Origin: Dendrobates tinctorius
Lineage: Eukaryota
NCBI RefSeq assembly: GCF_039654945.1
Contig: NW_027361788.1
Coordinates: forward strand, 32,488,001-32,552,000
DNA: 64,000 nucleotides
Direction of reading: 5' to 3'
Position 1 is the first letter of the stretch; every line of letters begins with the position of its first letter. The translations under genes were made by a program, and so were the position numbers. The notes under the pieces were generated by a model. It was not told the origin of the DNA. It did no database searches and worked only from the letters and a program-made list of their open reading frames with translations. Positions 25,301 to 53,995 of the stretch are shown piece by piece.

Positions 25301-27535
25301 TCCTTATTGAAACTCAAGACATTTAATCTTTAAGGAATTACACCCCTTCGTCGTAAAGGAATGTTGTAGGATAAGGCTTCTAAATACAAGCAATTTTGTA
25401 TTTTAGTGCTTATTAAAATTGTCACCCGTTCTTGAGATATTAACACTTTTCTGTTGTTTACTGCTGGTTGCCTTGGAGACCGACCACCGCTACTAGACGG
25501 CAGAATACGTATTTGAAAGCTCTTTTCGATTTAGCTGTTTTGCTGCTGGCCAGGATTGCTGGAGCGCACTGTTACCTCCTAATCCCGGACATCTCCAGCG
25601 CAGTGTTTACAAGAAAGACAGCAGGGGTGGTCGGTCTCCTAGGCAGCGAGCTGTTAACAAAAGAAAAGTGTTTCTCTCAAGAGCGGCTGCAAATTTTAGT
25701 AAGCAGTAAATTGCGAAAGTGCTTGTTTTTATAAGCACTATCCGACAGTATTCACCTAATAGTAACCCTTTAATAGACGAGGAGCAGGTGAGACATTTAC
25801 CATCTATGATGGCAGGAGTATCTGATATGTACATCATCCCATTTTAGGGTTAAACATTTTGAGCGAAAACTGGAAGAAAAAATCCTGGAGGAGCAGAAGG
25901 AGGCACAAGACCTGGAGTCCATGGTGCAACAAGTGGAGGCGAACCTGCAGATGATGACGGTCAGTGGCCATGTTTCTCCTGCTCTCCAGGAGGATGTGCT
26001 CCATATCCAGGACTAGTTGTCAGGCTGTGTAGTGCTAGTTACAAGTCTGTCTCTGATAATTCAGGCTAAAACTAGAGAGAAGCTTTTTTTTCCAGGTTCC
26101 TCTTCCTATGATAAATAGGTAGACCCTCTCTAATGGAGTTCATTCAGCGCTCAAGAAGATGGGGCTCCCGAGTCCCCCCTGTTTGGCGCATAGATTAAGT
26201 ATGTGCACCACCTCTCCATCCAAAGAGTAAAGGACTTGCTGAGTACAGTTCTCGGCTATCTCCGTCAGTCCCATAGTCTGGAGTGGCAGTGTACACGCTT
26301 CTTGGCTGCTCCATTCAAACTGGAGGACACTGGACCCCTATTCTCAAATTTGGTGGGAAAGGGCATAGTGGTCTGCATCATATTCTGAAGACAGATGGTA
26401 AGTTGTGATTGTGAGGCTATAATAAATTAGAAAACCATGGCTGCTTTCTTCCAGAAACAGTGCCACCCCTGTCCTGTGGGTGTCAGTGATACTGCAGGTC
26501 AGCTCCATTCATTATAATGAAGCTGTAATACCAGACAAAACCCATGGACAGGTGTGGTGCTGTTTCTGGAAGAAAGCAGCCATGGTTTTCCAGTCTTGGC
26601 AAACCCTTTATTTTGGATGGAGGACATGGAGTGGCTTTTGTCACTGTAAGGCCTCTTTCACACTTCAGTTTTTTTGCATCAGTCAAAATCCGCCAAAAGG
26701 ACGGATGGCGGACCTGTTTTAGTACTGATGAGAACGGATGCCACCCGTCCGTTTTTTTGACGGATCCGCCAAATGAAGAATTTTAAAGGAATCGCAGCCT
26801 AGAGAGAGAGAAACACAATCCGTCAATAATGGAAGTTAATGGGGAAAAAAGCGGATCCGTTTTTTTCAAAACCTGGCGGATTGTGACTGATTGTAAAAAA
26901 CTGAAGTGTGAAAGAGGCCTAAGTTGAGTAAGACTCATTACCAACCCCCCTAAAATCTGACATTTTCTTGTATGTAATGAATTCATCCTGCTTACTGATT
27001 GTTGTCTCATAGAAAAGAGCAGCAAAAGCCGAGGGCAACGTGACAAAACTGAAGCAGGAGGTCGCTCTGCTGCAGGTGGGTGCAGCGTATCTAGAGGCAA
27101 CGATGGGTAGCACTTCCATCATCTAAGTGTGTCCTGGCCGGTTGGGAGTGATAGTTTTGGTGGAGACCACTGGCATCACCACCCCCCCCCCCCCACTCAC
27201 ACACAGGGCACCCTCCTCTATTTCAGGTCCAGCTAAACACTTACAAAGCCGAGAATGAAGCCCTGCGGCGGGGGGAGACGGCCGGGATGAACGTGGTGAA
27301 GCAGAACGCTAGCCTAGCCCTGGAGAACCTGCACAAGGCAGTGAGCGGAGCACAGGCTTCCATCAAGTATGTGGGGGTCTGTGTATTGGGGAGGGGACAG
27401 TCACCCTGCACATTATCTAACATCGATCCCCCCTACGATAGGCAGCTGCTGTCCGGAGCGGAGACCCTAAAACTTGTAGCTGATCTGCTGCGATCCATTG
27501 ACAAGATAGCAGAAGTCCACGATGATGGATCATAG
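22358..27535 (+). CDS. ENTR1: Endosome-associated trafficking regulator 1 (SDCCAG3). Exons 22358-22418, 23144-23256, 24287-24661, 24925-24998, 25848-25959, 27013-27075, 27227-27366, 27442-27535; about 343 aa
   Basis: NPFSFKEFVK motif, DWSGSYHPS, coiled-coil EAQDLESMVQQVEANLQMMTKRAAKAE and C-terminal LLSGAETLKLVADLLRSIDKI. GT-AG junctions are in phase (sum 1032 nt). Head-to-head with PMPCA as in other vertebrates. Confidence 0.92.
26650..26920. mobile_element. Harbinger-type MITE in ENTR1 intron 5
   Basis: TIR GGCCTCTTTCACACTTCAGTTTTTT / AAAAAACTGAAGTGTGAAAGAGGCC, TAA flanks and internal ACGGAT repeats. Confidence 0.75.
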
Positions 27536-28065
27536 AGGACTACTGTATGGAACTTGGCAATTCCACCCAAAAAAAACACCTCTCCTCCATGACGGTCCGG
27601 TGGAGACTTCTCATTGGCTTCATTTGGTATTTAGAGGATTGTCTGTGATGAGAATAAGGCTAGGACAAGAAGGCGACTGCTACAAGATCGCAATAGTGTG
27701 TGACTGATGATAGTGAATATGGGCACGATGACCCACAAGTCAGCAGAAAAATGGCTTTTTTTTCCTTAGAAACAGCACCACCCTAATCCATAGGCTGCAT
27801 CTGGTATTACACCTGCAAGCTAATAAAGTCAGGCTGCAGTACTGGAAAGAGCTTACAAACAAGAGTGGCACTGTTTCTAGAAGATACAGCAGCCCCCCTT
27901 ATTGTATTCAGTTCATGGTGAGGGTGGGCTGCTTTTCACTCCTTAGTGACTCCAGGTTAGCATCGGCTTGTGCACATAATAACCAACTCCTTTCAAAACC
28001 TTTGTTGCCCTATAGGCTGCTATTATATATCTAAAGCTGGCTGCCTCCACTATGCTCCCTATGGA

Positions 28066-29081
28066 AATAACCTGTCATTCCAACAGACCCCTCCCCCAGG
28101 GCCTTTTTAAGTAAAAGAGCCACCTTCAGCACCACTAAGGCTGCATTTTGTGATGGTGGCTCTTATGTTTCCCATCCCTAGGAACGCTGAAATACAGACT
28201 TTTATAAATTGCCTGCCATACCTCTATTGTGTCCCAGAGGTAGGTTTTCCTCCCGTGTCAACCGCCTCAGAGCCGTAATTTATCTCCCTCTTGTGTCTGT
28301 GCGCCGCCTCCTCTGTTCTTCGTTACATGCCCGGCGCATGCGCTCTGCCAACATTTCTTGGGCATGCGCCATGCGCACTGCCCGGGAACTTGCAGTAGGC
28401 GATGATGTAAGGATATCGCGCCTGCTTGTAGTGGAGGCCCCAGATCCCGCCCTGCAGTGTGTTATGATGTATTCACACTGCGGGGCTGGGAATCTGGCGC
28501 CTACGCCGTGAGGATTTCTGTGCCTGTCCCCATCTCCCACCTCTTTCCTCCACCGTAATACGGCACTCAGCAGCGTCTTAGTGAGCTGAAGTGCCGACAT
28601 ATTATGGTGGAGGAAAGAGGATGAGGAAGACGGGGACAGGCGCAGAAATCCGCAGGTGCCAGATTCCCAGCCCCTCAGTGTGAATACATGATAACACACT
28701 GTGGGGCGGGATCTGTGGCCTCCGCTCCATGCAGGCTCGAGAGCATTACTTCATTGCCTGATGTAAGTTCCCGGGCAGCGCGCATTGCGCATGCCCGAGA
28801 ACTGTTGGCAGAGCGCAGGCGCCGGGCATGTAACAGAAACACAGGAGGGGGCCCACAGGCGCAAGAGGGAGATGATTGACGGCTCTGAGGCGGTTGACAC
28901 GGGGAAAAAACATACCTCTGGGGCACAATAGAGGTATGGCAGGCAATTTATAAAAGTCTGTATTTCAGCGTTTCTAAGGATAAAAAACATAAGAGCCACC
29001 TTCACAGAATGCAGCCTTCGTGCTGCTGAAGGTGGCTCCTTTGCTTAAAAAGACCCTGGGGTGGTGACAGGTTCCCTTTAA
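28066..29081. mobile_element. About 1-kb palindromic Kolobok/T2-type MITE
   Basis: Arms are reverse complements (mirror ORFs MPAIPLLCPRG on both strands). Right end GTGACAGGTTCCCT-TTAA. A partial relative lies at about 41190-41335. Confidence 0.75.
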
Positions 29082-30584
29082 ATGATTATCTATAGGACCC
29101 TTGTTAAAGGGTTTTACCCAAGATAGCAAGTTATCCCCTTGAATAATTTATAAGCAGTCCCAAGAACAAGGTTGTGGACCCCAAGAACTGCCCACGCTCA
29201 ACCTCCATTTCCTATCTATGGGAAGCAGAATACGCCATGCTAGAATTTCCGGAAGACCCTATCTATGGAACAACCCTTTAAGGGCCCAGATCTACTGTTA
29301 GATTCCCATTACAGGCACCGCTGTGTTCCTAATATTGCACTATATACAGCCTAGACGATGTGGTGCTTTATATTCATGCACTTTTCCAGGAATAGACCCT
29401 CGGTGTGACTGGCAGGTTCTGACCCAGACAGATAAAATTGGCCGAAGTCCCTCTAAATGCTCATCCGGGCACGGCGGTGCATGTGGCCGAATCCGGTCCT
29501 GCTGCTCAGCGCCGTTCAATAGGAGCCACATGTATAGAGACAGCTATTAAAGGGATTTTTCAAAATTTTTCCAAAGTGAGCAAAAAGTTATGTATATTCC
29601 CAAAAACTTTTTTCTTGCATGTGACTTTTTTTTTTTTTTTGCTGAGTGACCAAATCCTCCAAACTTGCGGCATAGTTCTCCTGTTCATATAAGTGCAGGA
29701 TGTGATGCACATAACACTATATCCCCCTGCACCAGTGTGATGAGATACATGATTATTTTTGGTATATAGTAGTCTTCAAACCGCAGTTCTCCACCTGTTG
29801 GGAAACTACAGCACGCAGAATGCTGGGAGTTGTAGTTTCCCAATGTTAGGTGAGCCCCGGGTTGTCGCCGGCTGATTGCACTGTGAAAGTAGCACTGAGT
29901 TCATACGTGTTATGTTTTTTCTATAGGAGATATTTCCATTATTTTTATGTTTCCACTTGTACCAAATTCTGATGTAATTCTATTTCCTTTTCTATATTTT
30001 ATATAACAAGCGTCTATATTTATACATATTAATGCGTTAATTTAATAAGATAATTGTGGTAGAGCACTTTAATAGCATTTTCAGGGGTTTCTGTATGGCA
30101 TCACAGCAGAGTGTTTGCTACAACTGCATCCAGTCTAGGCAATAACCTATGAGGTAAACACATCAGAAGTTCAAGCTCATCGCTCCGGTTTCCTACAATG
30201 TGTCAGCCCAGGTAAAACATAGCCTATTTAGCTTTGGCCACACTAGAACATACCCTTCCCTGTGAGTAATATAAGGTTTGTACAGGGTTTTCATTCAGTG
30301 ACGGCAAGCAGAGATCTGGAAAATGAACTGTAGACAGCCATGGGGCTGAATTATTAGTTAATATTCCTATTACTGTAGTCCTTATGGGGCAGAGCCTACA
30401 TGGTGGATAATACTCTTCTAAGGCATCCTGTTAGGGAGCACCGATGTAAAAGTGCCCCGTCTGTCATTCCACGTGGCTGTGGCTGAGGAGGCAGCGTCGC
30501 TGATCACAAAGACTGTTTCCACGTGAGCTTGATTCACATATGTACAAAGGAAGAAAAAGGCACAGATGTTTTAATTGCCCTATG

Positions 30585-31160
30585 ACTGCAGGAGCACTTT
30601 AGGAGAGAGCTGCTGCAGGAGCAACAGTGGAGGAGGGAGGAGAGCTGCTGCAGGAGCAAGAGTGCAGGGGGGGAAAGCTGCTACAGGAGCAAAAGTGGAG
30701 GTGGAAAAGCTGCTGCAGGAGCAAGAGGAGAGAGAAGAGCTGCTGCAGGAGCAAAAGTGGAGGAGGAGGAAAAGCTGCAGCAGGAGCAAGAGTAGAGGGA
30801 GGAGAGCTGCTTCAGGACCAAGAGTGGAGGAGGGAGAAGAGCTGCTGCAGGAGCAAGAGTGGAGGAGGGAGAAGAGCTGCTGCAGGAGCAAGAGTGCAGA
30901 GGGGGGAAAGCTTCTGCAGGAGCAAAAGTGGAGGAGAGGCAAGAGCTACTGCAGGAAAAAGCAAGGAATGGGCATGAAAGAGCTGCTGCAGAAATGATCA
31001 AAGGGTGGGTGGGGAAAGCTGTTGCCAGAGCAAGAGTGGAGAAGAGCTGCAGCAGGAGTAAGCAAGGGGTGAGAGCTGCTACAGGAGCAAGAGTGGAGGA
31101 GAGGGAAGAGCTGCTGCAGGAGAGAGCAAGGGATGAGAGTTGAAAGAGCTGCTGCAGACG
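30585..31160. repeat. Degenerate purine-rich minisatellite (about 35-bp unit GAGCTGCTGCAGGAGCAAGAGTGGAGGAGGGAGAA)
   Basis: About 15 diverged tandem copies with strong strand purine bias. Confidence 0.8.
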
Positions 31161-32243
31161 TGAGGAAGTAAAGGAAGGGGGCGAGAGAATCACCCCCTCT
31201 GTTAGTGACAGTATACTCTGCAGAATGGACCATGTGAGAAGCTCTTTTGGTATTGAGGACAGCCGTATTCACTGCCTCCATTCAGAGAATACAGGAGATG
31301 TATACGGCCCCTCTGCCAGGGAGAGCAATGAGGGGGAATTGCGTTTTGCTGCAGCTGCCCTTGTCATCCGGTTATCCCCTGGAATTTCTGGATTTGCAGT
31401 ATTTTAAATATTCACTAAAGCAATGGAGAATTTTTTTTTCTACACTTACTCTATGCAGTGTTTATATGAAATGTAGAATTGTGCCAGTCGTGCTTTTTCT
31501 GATCAGGATCACCCCACTGACACTTTCATGGAGCTGATGATGAAGATTGTATCTCTTATTCTCTATATTGATCTTGGATGATGTTTAAGATTAAGCAACC
31601 CGAAGCTTGTCAGCAACTGTGGGACTAAAAGTTTCAGCAAAATCTATCCAATCACTACGGTTGGTGCACCATAGGTCTCATGATCTGCAGAATTCAAAGG
31701 AACCAAATGTGACATGTTGCTTTTATATAATAATTATTCAACATTTTTATTTAACAGACAATCCAATGTGTTTTTTTTTTCTTTTTTACTTATACTGTTA
31801 TTCAGTCCATGTAATAAGAGCGGAGCCGATTGTTATATAGGTTGGTGCGAAAAGATTTGGATGTAACTTATTAGTGATCTAAATCTCTGCTCAGTCTGGT
31901 CTAGAGAATGGAGTCAACCACAGTAGGACCCACCCACTTGACTCCTATCATCAAACTGCTTTGAAACAGTAATTTTTATAAGTTATGCTAAATCTTTTCC
32001 TAGAAAACATTAATTTGTTCAGCTCCTTCTTTTCTATAACATTGAGCTCACTGATCATCAATTCAATAAAGGTAGATATTTTTTTTCATCTAAAGTGCTC
32101 CCAGAATTCATAGAAGTCAAGGGACTTGGAGAGCTGCTGCAAGGAAATCAAATTGTTCTATACTATATGTACAGTTGTGGCCAAAAGTATTGACACCCCC
32201 TATACCTTTAAAAATGCTCGAGCGTAGAACGGGTCCATAGCTA

Positions 32244-32245
<2 letters not shown>

Positions 32246-32288
<43 letters not shown>
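32246..32288. repeat. (TG)n/(TA)n microsatellite
   Basis: Seen directly. Confidence 0.9.
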
Positions 32289-33892
<1,604 letters not shown>

Positions 33893-35869
33893 TAGGTGCC
33901 ATTTTTAGACCTCTCGGGGTACAGTGCAAGGATCATTATTAGCATTTGTGAAAATGCAATAGTTAAGCCCTAGTTTAACCCTGTGTAACTCAAGGGGTGA
34001 AATTGATATAAATGGACAGGCTCAGGTTTTCTGATGCGTATAACGTTTCTTAAGACACAATTGAGACGGAAAATTTGCTATGAGAATGGATCGTAATATA
34101 CTGGAAATGTGCAGAAAAACCGTAGTCCATTCACACAGTCCAGGACTAGCAAAAAAAAAAAAATAGAACAGCACCACACCAGTCTATGTGTGGTATTGCA
34201 GGTCCACAGAAAGCAGCAGTATCAATCCAACCCCGCTACTGTGTTTTGTTTTTTTGGAAGGAGGCAGCCATGTTTATCTAACCCCTTGAAAAGGAACACT
34301 CCAGGTAAACCGGGGACAGCATGTTATTCCTGGTGCAGGACGATGTATAATCAGTTGGCCATGATACTGCCTCCTCACTTTTCTGGACTATGGAACTTCG
34401 GATGGTGTGACACAGTGTTGTCCTGTGCTCGCTGAACATATTTTTTATACTTGCATTCATTGACCAGAATGGATGAAGTTTTGTTAGATTTCTCTTTATT
34501 ATATTTGCCCCCCACCAGCCTAAGCCGTGTAATACTGGATCTGTACAGAAGGGGCGACGAGGACACAGCAGCATGCACATCACAGCACGTCTGGTAAAGC
34601 TACGCAAGTCTACGTCATCCAGGAAAGAAACAAATGTCTTACTCTACACCAGCAGCGCCCTGCCACTTACAGAGCGTGCACTGCTGTGCCGTAACACTAC
34701 AACTCCCAGCATGCCTTGAGATACAGTTTTGCATCTGCCTTCAGGCTTGCAGGTTACAGATCACAGTCGTGCTACAAAGTGCAAAATTTTCTCAAGTCCT
34801 TCAGCCGTCACCAGTGTTTTTTCTGGGCTGGCAGTGCCTGCTACTGCAGGCAGCAAACATGGCTGCCCACAGGAACACCAGGCCTGCAGAGCGAGTGCAC
34901 GATGGGTTATGGACAAGGCAAGCCGGCCACAGGGTGAGGCTACTCCTCCTCTGCCTCTAGGTCATCCGCTTTGTATCTGCGTACATAGCTTATTACATTG
35001 GTGAGTGTCGGCGGACGATGCCCCACAGTTTAGTAAACTAATGACCTGGGAAGTTAACATTTTAAATAGTTTTTTTTAAAGTAGTTTTAAATATCTGTAA
35101 CGTACATCCCAAACGCTAAGGGTTAAAACACAGTGTCTGTGCGCGCAGCTCATCTGAAAAGTGCTTCTAGAAGTGCGGTAACCTGGCGCAGTACTCAGCG
35201 CTACCACTAGGGGTCGGCATCCACAAGGACCTGAAATATGAAAAAAAAATTATATGAAAAACAGCACTAAGATAGTGCTTAGGCCTGGTCTCTAAGACTA
35301 ACCTAAAACCACTGCCTGCTGGCTTTTTATCCCCTATCCTGAATGCAAGAGTTATTAACTTTTTCTTTTTCCCCTTGTCCGATAAGGTTTTGTTGTGTAT
35401 CGCACGCCATGCTCTCATCCAGACTACTGCAGCACTCTTCAGATCAGTTTCCTTCTAATCAAACTCTTTCCAATCCATCCTGTATGCGGCAGCCAGGCTC
35501 ATATTTCTGTCTAGCCTCTTCACTGATGCCTCCACCCTGTGCCAGTCCTTGCACAGGTTACCCATTCACTACAGAATACAATATAAACTCGGATCTCCTA
35601 CCCACAAAGCTCTCCACAGTTCTGCACCACCCTATCACTCCTCCCTCATCTCTATCTATTGCCCTACACGTTCCCTTCATTCTAAACTGATCTGAGACTA
35701 ACATCCTCCACAATTCGAACTCCACACCTCCATCTCCAAGACTTCTGTGCTGCGCCAGTTCTCTGGAATGCACTATCCCACACGATCTGATACCTAACCC
35801 CCATGTTTTTAAATGTGCTTTACAAACACATCTGTTTAGACAAGCTTATCACCTCAACTAACTACCCTA

Positions 35870-36862
35870 AAGCCCCCCCCCCCCCCCCCCGTCTCACATA
35901 GCGAGATCGCTGAAGCGTCACCGATTTTGTGACACAACAGCGACCTCGCTACATGTGACACATAGCAGCTGGATATCGCTGATCGTGCTCGAATGTCCTG
36001 GGCCATTTTTTCATCGTCGGTGTCCCGCTGGCCAGCATGCATCGCTGTGTTTGACCCGACGAGCAACCTCATTGGTGACGCAGAACTCAGGGACGCAGGC
36101 TGGAATCGTTCAGAAAAGCTGCTGTATGACAAGGTACCAACGACCGCCGAGAATCGCTGGATGGTTGCTGCGACGCTGAAGAGATCTGTTTGGCACCTTA
36201 GGCCTGTTCCACATTTCCGTTTGTTGCCATCAGTCAAAATCCGCAGTTTTGCACAAAAAAACGGATCCGCCTTTTTTTGACGGATCCGTTTTTTTCCCAT
36301 TGACTTGCATTAGCGGCAGATTTTGACGGATGGTCATCCGTTGGATCTGTTTTTTTGACGGATCCGCCATAATTTCGGCGTCCGCTGTCTTGAGTGGACG
36401 GACAATGAAATGTTTTTTTGTCTGCGTCAAAACAGCGGATAGCAACGGATCCGCCGCCATTTGTTATAATGGTGACCTATGGGCGGCGGATCCGTTGCCA
36501 ACCGTTAATTGACGGAATCCGGCAACGTATCCGCTTTTTTACACTGAGCATGCCCAGAAGAATTTCCTTGCCAGAAAGTTAACCCAAAATTCCGTTCTGG
36601 CAGAAAATCTCTCTCTCGTCATGCATCTTTAAATTTCATAAAAAGTCAGCTAAAGACGGATCCGTCAAAAAACGGATTCGGTGTCATCCATTTGTGGAAA
36701 AACGGGTCCGTTTTTTCACACTCTGGTGGATTTTGACTAACGTCAAAAAACTGAAATGTGAAAAAGGCCTTACTAGCGACCATTTAGCGACGTACCAGCG
36801 ATCCCTACCAGGTTGTATCGGTGTCGGGATCGCTGGTGCATCTCTAAGTGAAACGGGACCCT
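35870..36862. mobile_element. Harbinger-type MITE with a second MITE (about 36200-36770) nested inside
   Basis: Ends CCCCGTCTCACATAGCGA / TAAGTGAAACGGGACCC. The inner element has GGCCTGTTCCACATTTC / GAAATGTGAAAAAGGCC ends and TTA flanks. Confidence 0.65.
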
Positions 36863-36911
36863 AACTCTTCCCTGGTCCCACCTAAATGTTAATTATAATC
36901 TGCTCCTTCTT

Positions 36912-37219
36912 AGGGTCCCGTTTCACTTAGCGACGCACCAGCGATCCCAACAACGATACGACTTACGACAACCATCCAGCGATCCTCAGCGGTCGTTGGT
37001 ACCTTGTCACACAGCAGCTATTCTGAACGATTCCAGCCTGCGTCCCTGAGTTCTGCTTCGCCAACGAGGTCGCTCGTCGGGTCAAACACAGCGATGCATG
37101 CTGGCCAGCGGGACACAGACGATGAAAAAATGGCCCAGGACATTTGAGCACGATCAGCGACATCCAGCGGAAGCCCGGTCGCCGCTGCGTGTCACATGTA
37201 GCAAGATCGTTGGCAAGGT
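36912..37219. mobile_element. Harbinger-type MITE, inverted sibling of 35870-36862 without the nested insert
   Basis: Reverse-complement similarity (ORFs 35955+ and 36963- give near-identical peptides). Confidence 0.7.
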
Positions 37220-38010
37220 CGCTGTTGCGTCACATAATCGGCGACGCTTCAGCGATCTTGCTATGTGAGACGGGGCCTTTACTCATTTGTCTCCACAGCC
37301 TCCATGGTCCCAGTAGCACAGGGTGACAGCACGGAGACCGGATCATGCAGCTTTATATGGAAACCCTGATTATAATAAATGACGGCCGGACCGTACATGA
37401 CGGCATGTTCTACCTATTGTGTCCCCCTATAGATTGTAAACTGCGAGCAGCGAGACCCTCACTGCTCTTGTAACTGAATAAAGTGTTACATTGTATTGTT
37501 TGTACATGGCTCTACTTAATTGTAAAGCGCAGCAGCACATGGTGGCGCTACACAAATAAAAATTATTACAGTATATTTTGTATTACACCAATCCTTTTAC
37601 CATATACTGTACTAAAAAAAAATATTCCATTGCTGTAAAAGATCTTTTATAGCAGGGGTGGGCAATTAATTTTCCCAAGTGGGCACATGGGAGACCAGCA
37701 CTGTTGTGGAGGGCCACTCTTTCAGTCTTTCTGCTGTCTCAGACCGCGGACCGAATTGAAACTGCCAGAGGACTGGACTGTGCCCAGGTCTGTTTTAAAC
37801 CAGATTACATCCTCGCTTGCACATGTGGTCCCTGTAGTATAAAGCCCCTGCACCCCGCCAGAACAAAGCCCCCCGGCCATAATATCTGCATTATAAAATT
37901 AGCGGCATCTGATATGACAACCCCTTTAAGAAGTCTTCCTGATCTAGATCTTATTCTTATCATGAGGCTGAATGTTTAATAGAAGTCATGGTGGATACCC
38001 TTGGTCAGTG

Positions 38011-52473
<14,463 letters not shown>

Positions 52474-53768
52474 AGTGTTCACAAGCGACAGCGAAATGGT
52501 TCTCACCCGACCCTTTATGAGCAGAGACAGACTGGGGAAAAAATAAAGCAAGAACAAGGGATGGATTAAATCATCTGCTAAAAAGGACAACAATTGCATA
52601 AAAGACAATTCCAGAAAATGCTTCCCATCATTGTAATCAATCCTTGTCATCAGGACCCCGGCGCTGTAATCAATGACGGCCTCGCTGACCCCCGGCTACA
52701 AAATCACTGAGAACGTCACTATTACTACAGGTTATAGTCTGCAACTTCACCTCCTGACCTACAGGAAAAAGGCAGAGGCAGAAGATCTAGAGGCCAAGAT
52801 GCTGTAACCCCTTCATGATGCAGCCATGTTTCATTTTTGCGCTTTTGTTTTTTTGCTTCCCTTCTTCTAAGAGTTCAAATTTTCCTCCCCTTTTAATTTT
52901 TGGCTCTACTGGAAACCGTCAGCAAGCAGGCTAGATGATGACAGCTCTCATAATGAGATTGATATTCTAACCAAACCCCGCTCCACTTTATACAGACGGA
53001 ATCCTCACAACTCCGCAACCACGTGACGTCTGACAGTTTCCTCATCCACACGATTTACTGTAAAGGTCTTATATGTGCGGGTTCTAGAAGAAGGAGGGAC
53101 CCCGCATCCATCTGCAGATTTGGGTCCCGCATCACAGAACAGATCAGATGCTGATTTGGAGCCATGGTCGACATTTACTAACGCAGACGACGTACATAGA
53201 GCCCATGAGATCGCAAAATGCTCCAAATATGTAGATAAAAAAAAAACTTTGCATCTGAAGTTTGGTGAAAAATACACCATAAAAAAAGCGCAGTGACCTT
53301 AATATACACAGGTCAATGTCCTGACAACTAGGCACGGAACAGGAAGAGTTGTCATAGGGGCGCTCCTTCCAATATAGATATATATACACCAGAGAATATC
53401 GCCCTCCCTGTGACCAGTTACACTGCGGCCCCGCTGCCGCACATTACCAGAGGTGACAACCCCTGTGGGATCTCTAACGGCAGCTATATTGGTGGCCACC
53501 CAGCTTTGCCAAAGCCCTGAAAGGTAAATTTTCCTAGTTTTCCAAGGAGACATGAATTGTGCAAATATCATTAAAAAGAGGGGTCATTTAGGGCTGTGGG
53601 AAAGCTGGGAGACGACAACTGGGCAGCCATATTGGTTGTCACCCAGCTTTCCCCGTAGGATAATGCACCTTTCCAGTAACAGCGTCCATATATACACACA
53701 CACAGTATATCCGCCTCTGCCCTCAGTATACACGTCCCCTCCGGGTGCAGCCGCTGCAGGTCACTCAC

Positions 53769-53995
53769 CTCCTACCCGGTCTATGGCACAGCCGCCCGCA
53801 CACGGGGCCCCATCTTCCTGCAGATGTTGACGGATGATTTCTTAGCTCCACCCCCTCCTGTCAGTGCCAGTGCCAGTGCGGGGGTGGAGCCTAAAAGCCT
53901 CAGAAGGGCGTCTTACGTCATCACCCCGCGCCGGAAGTAAAGTCGTCCAACTGTTGTTTACATCTAATTTTCAAGACTCGTGTGTAAATCCGAAA
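53769..53995. promoter_or_regulatory. Bidirectional promoter USP20/C9orf78 including the probable non-coding USP20 exon 1
   Basis: Minus-strand donor GAG|GTGAGT at 53769/53768 and an acceptor upstream of the USP20 ATG at 52531. CRE-like TTACGTCA 53913-53920 and ETS CCGGAAGT 53931-53938 in CpG-rich DNA. Confidence 0.7.

Larger units (their letters stand above)
35440..37570 (+). mobile_element. Old L2 LINE 3' fragment interrupted by Harbinger MITEs
   Basis: Similar to the L2 3' region at about 19970-21330 (CCAGTCCTTGCAC..., CCTATAGATTGTAAACTGCGAGCAG, TGTAAAGCGC...AATAAA tail). Confidence 0.7.

Noticed and set aside
30575-31281. Involucrin/trichohyalin-like coding exon
   Set aside because: The unit length is not a multiple of 3, the same peptide shifts between frames, and no splice context is evident.
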